A stretch of 64,000 bases of DNA from contig NC_092677.1 of NCBI RefSeq assembly GCF_964355755.1, positions 17,072,101 through 17,136,100 on the forward strand, written 5' to 3'. How positions within the stretch are numbered: the first letter of the stretch is position 1; every line of letters starts with the position of its first letter. The notes under the pieces were generated by a model. The model made no database searches. It was not told the origin of the DNA and saw only the letters and a list, made by a program, of their open reading frames with translations. Source of the stretch: Antedon mediterranea. Taxonomy: Eukaryota > Animalia > Echinodermata. The position numbers were made by a program, and so were the translations under genes. This document shows, piece by piece, positions 45,215-57,935 of the stretch.

Positions 45215-46565
45215 ATAACACTATAATATTTGTAGATGAATGACGCGGACACGTACATGTTCATAAGTAATTGATATAAATTGACTTTTAAAAGTGGAAT
45301 TAACACAAATGATTGTAGATAAATATGACGTGAATTGCACGTACATAATGTTGATGAGTAGTATATTTATATAAATCGACTTTGAAAAGTGAAATAACAC
45401 TAATATTTGTAGATGAATATGACGTGGACACGTACATATATTGATTAGTATATTGATATAAATCGACTTTTAAAAGTCAAATTAACACTAATATTTGTAG
45501 ATGAATATGACTTGGACACGATTTACATATGTTGATGAGTATATTGATATAAATCGACTTTTAAAAGTGAAATAACACTAATATTTGTAGATGAATATGA
45601 CGTGGACACGTACGGTACATAATGTTGATGAGTATATTGATATAAATCGACTTTTAAAAGTGAAATAACACTATTGATTGTAGATGAATATGACGTGGAC
45701 AAGTACATTTATTGATGAGTATATTGATATAAATCGACTTTTAAAATTGAAATAACCCTATTAGTTGTACACTATTAATCATATATGAATATGACGTGAA
45801 TTGCACGTACATATGTTGATGAGTAGGCCTATATTGATATAATTGACTTCGAAAAGTGAAATAACACTGATTTGTAAATGAATATGACGTGGACAAGTAC
45901 ATTTATTGATGAGTATATTGATAAATCGACTTTTAAAAGTGAAATAACACTAATATTTATAGATGAATATGACGTGGACACATACATATGTTGATGAGTA
46001 TATTGATATAAATCGACTTTTAAAAGAGGAATTAACACTATTGATTGTAGACGTGAATTGCACGTACATATGTTGATGAGTGTATTGATATAAATCGACT
46101 AAACGTTAAATAACACTATCTTGTACAAGTACCCTCACTTGCACTGATGAAGGGCTAGTGTTGCCCGAAAACTCTGCTAACTTTTCTGGCTGTTTTACTT
46201 TATCGTTTTGATTTAGCTTTTCGCTTCTTTTTTTGTATCTCCATTGAGACCACAGCATTGTTATTATTTCAGTATTTTGCCTTTGGATTTACTAATATTA
46301 AAAGTGAAATAACACTAATGACTGTAGATGATATGACATTTATGTTGATGTACGGTATATATTTTTGTATATAATATGCACACGTACATACGTTGATAGG
46401 TATTGATATAAATAGATTTTTAAAAGTACGGTAATAGACACTTTATTTGTAGATGAATACGACATGGACAAGTTGCAATAAATTCTATCGTTATATCGTA
46501 TGTTGATGAGTATTGATATAAATCGACTTTTTTAAAGTGGAATAACACTAAAATGTATAGATGGA
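45215..46565 (+). repeat. Satellite C, ~87-92-bp monomer, about 13 more diverged copies, interrupted at ~46100-46297
   Basis: Monomer AACACTAATATTTGTAGATGAATATGACGTGGACACGTACATATGTTGATGAGTATATTGATATAAATCGACTTTTAAAAGTGAAAT. Confidence 0.9.
46141..46177 (+). ncRNA. Minimal type I hammerhead-ribozyme-like motif, probably in a Penelope-like retroelement fragment (~46100-46297)
   Basis: GCA-CTGATGA-A-GGGC(TAGTGTT)GCCC-GAAA-AC-TC-TGC. Core boxes, stem II and a 3-bp stem I are present. Stem III is imperfect. Confidence 0.6.
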
Positions 46566-46788
46566 TATGGCCTCAACAAGTATTGTATTAAGCGGTACTG
46601 TATATTGATAGACTTCATACCTGTAATGTCAATGAAATCTGGCAACAAGAATTGTGTTTGATCCTCCTAATAGTATTCTAATAATCTTGGTTTGTAAAGG
46701 AGGCATGAAAAATCTAAACGCATAGCCAGGGGAGGGGTTGGAGTTTCGAACAAACTTCCCTGTGCCCGTCCTACGGTTTTTGTGAACT

Positions 46789-46882
46789 TTTTAGTAGCGT
46801 GCAAACGCGACTCTACAGCTCACTATGTCGATCGGTCGGTCGGTAAACACCAACTCAAATTTGAGCACGCGACTGCAGCCAT
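46789..46882 (+). mobile_element. Short Helentron-associated (HINE/DINE-1-like) element. A second copy lies at ~53666-53767 on the minus strand.
   Basis: T-run start, AGTMGCGTG ... CACGCGACT subterminal inverted repeat, (GGTC)n microsatellite and 3' GCCA...TGGC hairpin followed by TGTTT. Two copies in the window. Confidence 0.55.
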
Positions 46883-46999
46883 GTATAGGCCTATGGCCTG
46901 TTTATACTAGAAATCAGCAGTGAAAGTATATGTAAATAATATGTGTTAATATAGAATTAGTTTTTTTTATTTAATAAATAGTATTAAAGTTGATCTTAT

Positions 47000-49900
47000 T
47001 CTTTATCTGTGATTAATTATACTCAAATGACTATAGTTTAAAACAGTATTAAACGGCATCTTACATTAATGTTATTTGCTGTTTATTCGAAGTTTATCCT
47101 ATTCTTTATCACTGTGCTCAAATATACCAAAATGACTATAGTTGAGAACAGTGTTAAACTGGATCGTACATTAATGTTATTTGTTGTATATTATTAAGTT
47201 TATCCTATCCTTTATCACTGTGCTCAAGTATACCAAAATGACTATAGTCGAGAACAGTGTTAAACTGGATCGTACATTAATGTTATTTGTTGTATATTGT
47301 TAAGTTTATCCTATTCTTTATCACTGTGCTCAAGTATACCAAAATGACTATAGTTTAGAACAGGGTTAAACTGGATCGTACATTAATGTTATTTGTTGTA
47401 TATTGTTAAGTTTATCCTATTCTTTATCACTGTGCTCAAGTATACCAAAATGACTATAGTCGAGAACAGTGTTAAACGGGATCATACATTAATGTTATTT
47501 GTTGTATAATGTTAAGTTTATCCTATTCTTTATCACTGTTCTCAAGTATCCAAAATGACTATAGTTGAGAACAGTGTTAAACTGGATCGTACATTAATGC
47601 TATTTGTTGTATATTGTTAAGTTTATCCTATTCTTTATCACTGTGCTCAAGTATACCAAAATGACTATAGTCGAGAACAGTGTTAAACGGGATCGTACAT
47701 TAATGTTATTTGTTGTATATTGTTAAGTTTATCCTATTCTTTATCACTGTGCTCAAGTATACCAAAATGACTAGTCGAGAACAGTGTTAAACGGGATCGT
47801 ACATTAATGTACGTTTTTTGTTGTATATTGTTAAGTTTATCCTATTCTTTATCACTGTTCTCAAGTATACCAAAATGACTATAGTTGAGAACAGTGTTAA
47901 ACTGGATCGTACATTAATGTTTTTTGTTGTATATTGTTAAGTTTATCCTATTCTTTATCACTGTTCTCAAGTATACCAAAATGACTATAGTTGAGAACAG
48001 TGTTAAACTGGATCGTACATTAATGTTTTTTGTTGTATATTTTTAAGTTTATCCTATTCTTTATCACTGTGCTCAAGTATACCAAAATGACTATAGTTGA
48101 GAACAGTGTTAAACTGGATCGTACATTAATGTTTTTTGTTGTATATTGTTAAGTTTATCCTATTCTTTATCACTGTTCTCAAGTATACCAAAATGACTAT
48201 AGTTGAGAACAGTGTTAAACTGGATCGTACATTAATGCTATTTGTTGTATATTATTAAGTTTATCCTATTCTTTATCACTGTGCTTAAGTATACCAAAAT
48301 GACTATAGTTTAGAACAGTGTTAAACGGGATCGTACATTAATGTTTTTTGTTGTATATTATTAAGTTTATCCTATTCTTTATCACTGTGCTCAAGTATAC
48401 CAAAATGACTGTAGTCGAGAACAGTGTTAAACGGGATCATACCTTAATGCTATTTGTTGTATATTATTAAGTTTATCCTATTCTTTATCACTGTGCTTAA
48501 GTATACCAAAATGACTATAGTTGAGAACAGTGTTAATCTGGATCGTACATTAATGTTATTTGTTGTATATTATTAAGTTTATCCTATTCTTTATCACTGT
48601 GCTCAAGTATACCAAAATGACTATAGTTGAGAACAGTGGTAAACTGGATCGTACATTAATGCTATTTGTTGTATATTATTAAGTTTATCCTATTCTTTAT
48701 CACTGTGCTCAAGTATACCAAAATGACTATAGTCGAGAACAGTGTTAAACGGGATCGTACATTAATGTACGTTTTTTGTTGTATATTGTTAAGTTTATCC
48801 TATTCTTTATCACTGTTCTCAAGTATACCAAAATGACTATAGTTGAGAACAGTGTTAAACTGGATCGTACATTAATGTTTTTTGTTGTATATTGTTAAGT
48901 TTATCCTATTCTTTATCACTGTTCTCAAGTATACCAAAATGACTATAGTTGAGAACAGTGTTAAACTGGATCGTACATTAATGTTTTTTGTTGTATATTT
49001 TTAAGTTTATCCTATTCTTTATCACTGTGCTCAAGTATACCAAAATGAATATAGTTGAGAACAGTGTTAAACTGAATCGTACATTAATGTTTTTTGTTGT
49101 ATATTGTTAAGTTTATCCTATTCTTTATCACTGTTCTCAAGTATACCAAAATGACTATAGTTGAGAACAGTGTTAAACTGGATCGTACATTAATGCTATT
49201 TGTTGTATATTATTAAGTTTATCCTATTCTTTATCACTGTGCCTAAGTATACCAAAATGACTATAGTTGAGAACAGTGTTAAACGGGATCGTACATTAAT
49301 GTTTTTTGTTGTATATTATTAAGTTTATCCTATTCTTTATCACTGTGCTCAAGTATACCAAAATGACTATAGTCGAGAACAGTGTTAAACGGGATCATAC
49401 CTTAATGCTATTTGTTGTATATTATTAAGTTTATCCTATTCTTTATCACTGTGCTTAAGTATACCAAAATGACTATAGTTGAGAACAGTGTTAATCTGGA
49501 TCGTACATTAATGTTATTTGTTGTATATTATTAAGTTTATCCTATTCTTTATCACTGTGCTCAAGTATACCAAAATGACTATAGTTGAGAACAGTGGTAA
49601 ACTGGATCGTACATTAATGCTATTTGTTGTATATTATTAAGTTTATCCTATTCTTTATGACTGTGCTCAAGTATACCAAAATGACTATAGTTGAGAACAG
49701 TGTTAAACGGAATCGTACATTAATGTTATATGTTGTATATTGTTAAGTTTATCCTATTCTTTATCACTGTGCTCAAGTATACCAAAATGACTATAGTTGA
49801 GAACAGTGTTTAACTACATCGTACATTAATGTTATGTGTTGTATATTGTTAAGTTTATCCTATTCTTTATCACTGTGCTCAAGTATACCAAAATGACTAT

Positions 49901-50150
49901 AGTTGAGAACAGTGTTAAACGGGATCATACATTAATTTTATTTGTTGTATAATGTTAAGTTTATCCTATTCTTTATCACTGTTCTCAAGTATCCAAAATG
50001 ACTATAGTTGAGAACAGTGTTAAACTGGATCGTACATTAATGCTATTTGTTGTATATTGTTAAGTTTATCCTATTCTTTATCACTGTGCTCAAGTATACC
50101 AAAATGACTATAGTCGAGAACAGTGGTAAACTGGATCGTACATTAATTTT
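47000..50150 (-). repeat. Satellite B, right arm (reverse orientation), about 29-30 copies, containing a 958-bp higher-order duplication
   Basis: Reverse complement of the 106-bp monomer. Diagnostic variants recur at +958 (47809/48767, 48433/49391, 48533/49491). Confidence 0.95.
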
Positions 50151-50938
50151 ATCCTTTGCTTTACTGTGCTTTGATTTGATAAGCAAGTTTGGTTGCCCCG
50201 CCTCCATATGCTGCCTACTAAATTAGGATTCCCTAGCTTTTCTATAAAAATTGAAGTACCCACAATGCACGTTATACGGAAGTCATAGTCTTGTAAAATA
50301 CAGACACAATAGTTTTTATCGTATTGTTTTCATTTAAATATCACTAAGATTGTCTTAAACTACAAACAACTAAAATTAGTGAAGGTATGCAAGTGTTTCT
50401 AAATATTTATTACTGGTAGTATTAATACAATTTGGATTATATCATTTTCCAGAAAGGTAGAAAAAAACATAAAATAGTTGAGAATTCTCAACTAGCCAGG
50501 ATGGTATAGGAAATATAGCTCATTTTTGATAACCTTTTTACGAAAGCCCATTAGTGACACCATGTGACATTGAATTGTGTTCCTCGATTGGGCACTTGGG
50601 AATTTTCACATAAATTAGTCTGTAAATCAAGTCATTTAGATTATTTATTTTATTTATTTCCCGATGTCTTATTATAACTGAAAAATGATATAATATTTTA
50701 TATTGGAAACTACGGTTTTAATATTATATTTTGTAGGAAAAGTTAAAATTTTGAGCAGCGCCCTCAATTTTCAAAACTAAAGCCTCGATTTCAACCGTGC
50801 TCTGGCGCTGATGTCCGCGACGACAACTCACTGACTGTGTGGTCAACCAAAATTTGTCACTAACATTTAAATTAATATTAATTTGTAAAAGTTTAATCAA
50901 TTGAATAAAAAAATCTATAGCACTGAGCAAATAAAGAA

Positions 50939-53900
50939 ATGTCTAAAGTACCAGAGACATTGCTGGTAATTTCTCCACCGACGGAATTAAGATTTAGAGG
51001 TAAGTTTTATTCACATGTTAGGCAGGCCTAGCTGCTAGCTAGGCCGGATCCTACCACCACGTCAGATAAATGGTTCTGCCCACCTAGCTAGCCACCTCAT
51101 TTACAGGCAAGCTAGCCCTCTGTCCTCAGGCCTAAGTAGTAATACACAGGGGAGGGGATCTGGTGTATTAAATTTACATGTGATATAATAATAAGAGATA
51201 AGCAGGTAGGCCTAGGGCCTATATATTATAGGCCTGCTAGACTTATTTATGATTGTTTATAGACCACTAATCTACATTCCTCCTATTTTAATAATATAGC
51301 CGAATAGGCCTAATAAAGTAATTGTAGTGTAGGCTAGTGGGGAACCCTCTGTTGTTGTTGTTGTTGTACTGGGATCCGTTGTACTGTACTACTAGGCTAT
51401 CATTTACTGTACAATAAATTGTCAATTTGAATTGTGAATTGGTTTAACCTATAGACCTACTACTACTAGGGGCCTAGTACTAACTAATTGCTACATACTA
51501 CTAGTACTACCTAGGCATACACCTCTTTAAATTTAATAAGAATAGTTTTTATTTTAATTTGTAGAAAGAAACATTTACAGTAATTTATTGAGCAAAATAC
51601 AAGACATTTTTTTTCAGGTCCATTCACAGATGTGGTAATATCGGAATTACATTTGAAGAACCCAACAGAAAATAAAATATGTTTTAAAATCAAGACAACT
51701 GCTCCTAGGAGGTACTGTGTTAGGCCTAACAGTGGTGTGTTGGGGGCTGGAGAGGATATAACGGTCAATGGTAAGAAGTGTTAAAATGCATTCAGTTTGA
51801 AAATGGAATCTTTCTGGTCATGTTATCTGTCTCGTGCTTGATCTCACAAACTTTTTCAATTCATTTTGAAATATTAAATTTATTTTCACATTCTACTAAC
51901 CTTGGTAACACAATATAATATTAATTATACAGTACTGTATAACAGATCTGTCAAAGGGGTGTGGTAGGGAGGGAGTGGGTGGGTGGGGGTGTTTCTTGAA
52001 ATCAGAGCTTGAGGTGAATGTGCCATGAAAATGAAACTACTGTAAGTTCAAACTGACCTTTATACTGTAGATGATGCAATTTTGTATCACAGAAATGTTT
52101 TCCTTGCATGCTTTAATATCAATTTGCATCCATTACTGTATGTTGTTTACTGTACAGTACATCCAATGTTGCATTCTAGTAAGATACTGTTATTACAGTT
52201 TAATTCAGCATTCTGGAAACTTTTATTTTGGTTTTTTTTTACAATTTCTCAAGCCACCCTGTGACCCAAAAAAAAAAGTTTTGCGGACCAAATTTAGGCT
52301 GCGGTCTAATATACCTTTCACATTGCCTTACAAACTCCAGAGTTTACACACACCAAATTAAACCATACAAACACTGGTGTTGACAACCCAATGTGTGTAA
52401 ACTCTGGTTTTGCTAGACATTTTAAGAGGGGTATAGTTATAGGCTGTGTCAGGTAACATGCAATGGTATTTTGTTAATCTGAAATTAAACTGTAATGCAT
52501 TTATGGTTTATTATCTGATATAAGCCAATTCATTTGGAGGGAAAACGTATTCGCTCAATTTAAACTCTCACGAAAAACTAAAAAAAGGAATGGCAATATT
52601 AGAATTTAGCTGTCAACACCAACAAACCCCAATAAAACAAAAATGAAGTGCTTTGCTTTGTACTATACATCCACAATGTATTTCTAGGCTGTGCCTCCAA
52701 AAAAACATGGCTACTGTATATTCTCTCAACATTTTATTATGGTATTATGGAGTGTTTGCATTCATTTTCACATATATTTATCATGATATCCAATATCTAA
52801 AGTAATCCATATTTATTGTACAATAATTTCCACAAGCATTGATCGAATATCAACATTGTCGCATTATAAACCATTGACTACTGTAACCTTAGTAAAGTTC
52901 TTTTTTGATCTTCTTAAGATGCATTCAAAATTCGATAAGCATTTGAAAATACTGTAATTAAAATCAGAGAACAGTATTGTGTACAGCATTTGTACTGTAC
53001 TAGTTAAACCCAGATTTCAGTTTTTCTAAGTTGGTTGTAATAAATTCTTTATTTCATTGTTTGTTTTTTTTACCTCTGTCTACAGTAGTATATATTTTAA
53101 CTTTAAAAAGATTTTTACTTTTGTATTCTTCCAAAAGTGAAAAATATCTTGTATGGTAGTCGTGTAATTGGGAAATTTAGAAAGGAAAACAACTCATCTT
53201 CTACCTCACAATTTTTATTCTGTAGAACCTATCCATTCACACTTGTTTGTTTCTTTTAAAAATGGAAATTTTTCTTATGATTTTTCATTATTTAACAAAA
53301 TGATGCCGTCTTTTGTGTAAATATAGCTTACAATTAGTGACTGATGGCTTAAGAGGACTTGAAGTACTTGTATTGTGTCATCATAATCATTTAGAAAATT
53401 GGCATCGTAATAATGTATGTCTTTGTGTAAGAAATTGTACAGTGATGCAATTGTTTCGTTATTTATTCCTCCTGTTGCCAAATAAAAAAAAAAATTATAT
53501 TTGTTTTTCAGTGATGTTACAACCATTTGAATATGATCCCCAAGAAAAGAACAAACACAAGTTTATGGTACAAGCCATGACAGCGCCCCCAGGAGAATTT
53601 GACCAAGAAGCAGTTGTAAGTATTAGGTTTATTTAAACTAAAAAATGAAGTGACCATTTTTTTAGAAACAAGGCCATATACATGGCTGCAGTTGCATGCT
53701 CAAATTTGAGTTAGTGTTGACCAACCGACATAGTGAGCTGTGAGTCGCATTTGCACGCGACTAAAATCCTTTTTTCAAAGTGTAATTGATTTGGCAAGTG
53801 TTTTGATCAGATAATCAGCAGATGTAACTCCTCAAACTCCTTTGCTGTTTATATGTGAGCAGTGGGAGTAGCTCACTGACAAGGTGTTTACTTGTGACCA

Positions 53901-56900
53901 TTTACTATACAGTATACACCTATTGTCTATGAAAAGTAGGCAATTATACTGTACAGGCTGGGAAGGAGAAGTGGCTTGAAGAGACCATCTACAGTATTTT
54001 GGTCGGACGACGAGGTTATTGAGAAATCACTAGTCAATTTCATGCATAGCTTAACAGGATAAACTGACAATGCCGTATAATCCTCTCAAATATCATTTAC
54101 TTGCCGCAAGTTAATGGTCCAGTCCAAGAAGCCTGCTAGTGCGTAGTAGTGGAAATGGTAAAGTTTTGAAATTTATTTTCAAAATTATAATATAATTAAT
54201 ATAAAAGTTGAGATTTATAATTGTATTCCTTAAACAAGGCTAATAAAATATACTGTATTTATTCAGACATTTGTGCAGTCTTTTAATAGAAATTCTAAAT
54301 GTTAAAGATCTTCTTTAATTAACAAATACACACACTGATATGATCGCTTTGATCTTTAGTTTGTTGTAATAGTGCTAAGTAAAATATGTGTAACATAATG
54401 ATACACCTTGTAATTTGTTGTGTGATCTTTCAATTAGAAAAATCTATTACTTGAAATGTAATAAAAAGTATATTAAAAACTATTTGAATACAAAAAGTAT
54501 ATTACATCACTATCTAACCCTTGATTTGTGTGTTTGTCATATTTTAGTATTCGTTTCATGGCCCTTTCAATTTAACAAATTTGATGTTGTATTTGTTTTT
54601 TATGCTTGTTGACAAACTAGCTTTTTAGATCATTGTGCTGTTACATAATCAGAAATATTGTAATCATTCAAATATCCCTGGAATTTCAAGTGATCTAAGT
54701 ATCTAAACAAGATCAAAATGTTTATACAGTTCTATTACTGTATAATTTAAAGACCACTTCTAGTGCCTGTCTGTAGTTTGTGGTGGGGGGGGGGGGGGAG
54801 TAAATTCTAATTTGAGACCAAGGCTACTAAGAGTACTAAAACCTGAGTCCCAAAAGCAAATTGTGTTAATTACCTTCTTTCTAGTTAAAAATAAAAAATA
54901 ACATTTACATTAAAGCTTAAGTTAAGTCTTTTATTTTTAGTTAAATGTCAACAAATATTTTTTTTTAAATCTGTTGGTAATATTTATTATAAGGCTTGGT
55001 TTCCACTTGGATACAATATGACGTAGGTGCAAGGCAAACTATTTGACCAATCATGTGTTTGTTTTTTTATTTATAACTGTTCATTTTATTATACACAAAC
55101 AGAACAAAACAATGTCATACCTTTTTAACTTAAAATTGTCACCCTTTTAAATGTAGTTGAAATTAATAATAACCTTATTTATACAGTAAATGCCCACTGT
55201 AACATTTTAACAGAATATTTTGTACCACTGGTGTGTTGTGAGGATTTCCTGTTATATAAATTAAATATTCCGCTGGATCTCTTACTTATGTATGAAGCAT
55301 GCATACATTGCCAACAGAGAAAACATTAAACTATTTATCTATTAACTGTACACAAAACACTATTAAATCAAATATTTCTTTTAGGTGTGCCAGTTTCTAA
55401 TAGAAATTTCACTATTTCATATTCAGGGATCATCTTAAAACTTAATTGTAAAATAATAGAAAAATGTAAGAACATGAGATGTTGATGGTTGTATGATCCC
55501 TTTGTAATCAATATTATAACACTGTGGACTAATTATAAATTGCAGATTATAGATTTTCTAAATTATTCTTTATTTACTAAGATGCCGGCAACACTTTCTA
55601 AAGTAGCTTTTGATTGAACAGCCTGAAAACAATTGCTAACCTTAAATTAAATTTTAAAGGATTTGGTTTAAGAAAAACGTTGTTTTTGGGATTTTTCAGT
55701 CGTCATACTGTTGTCGTAAGTGCTTGTTTAATAACTGAAAAAAAAAACAAATTAAATACCATGTTTTCTTGCTTTTAAGATGTGTCCTTAAAAGTACTTT
55801 TTCAGGGTACCCAGATATTTCTTAAGTGGGCCTGTGTTGAAATTATGCTACAATATATGTAATTAATAGGGTTTGGTGTTCTACCCACACCTGCCCAGCA
55901 ATTTTATCAAGTCCTGTTTTGAACAGTTCACTAATTTAACCTTCTACTGTTTTTACATATTTTAATATTGTATTGTTTTTTGTATGCATTTGCGTGTAAC
56001 TATTGTTTTTTTAACCTTGTAATACTGTACAAATTTCAATAACCATGTATTTGACAATAAATTTGAACTTGAACATTCTTAAATCTGGTTACTAAATTTT
56101 ACTATAAAAATGTTCTTTATTTTTAGTGGAAAGACAAGGCAGCAGGAGCATTGATGGAGAGCAAGCTAAAATGTGTGTTTGAGATGCCAGCCTCTGCTGC
56201 AGTTCCAGCCTCAGCCTCACCACCACAGGTAATTTAAGACATCTTTAATTCCTACAGACTTTACTTAAGTAATTAAACATGTGGTTCTCAACAGGTGCAA
56301 AGTACTGCATATACTGCTTGTACTACTACATTTTAATGTCCTACTACTCAAAACCTTAAATGAAGGTAAAGGGTCTTTTACACTTGTTCTTGCACTGTTC
56401 TGGTTTGGCATTGGCAAATAAAAACAAAGTTAATGTTTGGGTTTCACAACGCTCCATGCGGCTATGCCCCAATCGATATGTGCATAGCCACGTGAAAGCG
56501 AAACATTGATGTTTGATTTTATCTGCCGGACTGGAACCATGCTGGAACATGTATGAAAGACCCTTAAGTATGGGTGCCCCCACCTGTGACACTGCAGTAC
56601 AGTATTCAACTTGGTTCACACTTTCACACACAACGCAAGTGAGTTTACCAATCACAAGCGATAGTTTTGGATTATTCATCATATCATGATTCGTCATCAA
56701 GAATTGTCTTCTTTTTAACTAGCCGCAAGAACGAACTAGTGCCAAATTGAGTCCCAAACCAATGTCTCAAGCAAGTGCACCAAAACCAGCAGCAGCTGCT
56801 ACGAGCAGAGACACGGATGATGTGAAACGGCTTCAGCAAGAAGTGTCAAGTTTACAGCAGAAACTTACAGTGCTTGAAAAAGAAAAGGTAAATAGATTGC

Positions 56901-57935
56901 TAGTGGAGGTATGATAGTCCAAACCAACCAAACAATGATAGGTTAAATATCTATCATCAAAGTGTCTTGTTTGCTGTTAATTGCTTGTTATATCTATTCT
57001 TTCACTGATAGTCTGAGGAGTTTTTAGAATATTAAAATTGTGTCACTACACATCTGGGTTTTGAAATTCACACAAATGAACTGAAAGACAGACAATTTAA
57101 CCTGATTACATTTACCATCATTCAGGGAGCAAGATAACCATCCTGACATTTCCCTCTAAATAGGGTAATTTAAAGACGACTTGCTGGTCTGTAGTTAGAG
57201 ACCAAAGCTACTAAAGATCACTAAAACCTGGCTTAGCAAAAGTGGTCTTTACTGTAATAGGATGGAGACCTGTATTTTTTTTATAGAGAGGTTATTCAGT
57301 GTTTGACCATTTACAGTTAGGCAAATTGTTAAATTAGATGACTCAACTCAATATGTTGAATGTTTGCTTGGCCAGTGTGAGGAAACCATAAAATCTCAAA
57401 AAAGAAGCCCCTGGCCACCTTTTCAAAAAGAAGCCCTTCAGCTCTTTGCTCTGTAAAAGTAATCTAGAAAAGGAGCCCATCTTGAAATCAAGCCTACAGG
57501 GCTTCTTTTCAAGATAACATGGGCTTCTTCACCAAATTTATAGCATTCAATTTGAAAAGAAGCTCCCCTCTTAAAAAGAAGCCACCCAAGAGTACTAAAA
57601 AAAAGTCCATGGGCTTCTTTTCCGAGGTTTTAGGTATTTTCTACAAGGAAACTAAACTTCTCTCAGAATGTACATTTCTGTGCCATGGATTACAAAATGA
57701 GAACTATTCCATTTGTTTTTTAACTATATGCCGATATCTACTACAGTTTGAGTATTTTATTTTTGTTTTGCAGGAGGATGGTTTAAGAAGGCGCAACGTA
57801 GGGTCTGAAGGATTGCGGGCATCTAATCAACAGCCAGTTATCACGGAAACGAAAGTGGATTCATCAATGCCTATTGTTTATATGATTCTTGCTCTCGTCT
57901 TAGGTTTTATCTTAGGAAAATTCATACTACAATAG
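50939..57935 (+). CDS. VAPB: Full-length VAP (VAPA/VAPB orthologue), 248 aa. Exons 50939-50999, 51618-51770, 53512-53615, 56127-56228, 56723-56887, 57774-57935
   Basis: Canonical [39 protein letters not shown], coiled coil, EDGLRRR, and C-terminal TM helix [20 protein letters not shown] versus B cannot be resolved. Confidence 0.93.

Larger units (their letters stand above)
31965..50521 (+). mobile_element. Outer non-autonomous DNA element (B-type), ~18.5 kb including nested inserts, with asymmetric L/R ends, subterminal inverted repeats and inverted satellite arms
   Basis: 34-bp inverted repeat 31981-32014 / 50473-50506 (31/34 identical) containing the perfect palindrome TAGTTGAGAATTCTCAACTA. 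Removing it restores ~0.6 kb ATG-ATG spacing like the paralogous promoter. Exact termini are uncertain by some tens of bp. Confidence 0.8.

Noticed and set aside
43614-46038. Hydrophobic repetitive ORFs in satellites B and C (similar ones in A at 36432, 41807)
   Set aside because: Monomer lengths are not multiples of three, frames break between copies, and there is no splice or protein-family signal.
33172-50150. Palindromic repeats with regular spacing resembling a CRISPR array
   Set aside because: The intervening sequences are themselves repeated (no unique spacers), there are no cas genes, and the context is eukaryotic.
57519-57773. Lys-rich N-terminal part of the 138-aa ORF
   Set aside because: Intronic sequence (GAAGCCC-repeat element) that happens to be in frame upstream of the VAP last-exon acceptor at 57773.
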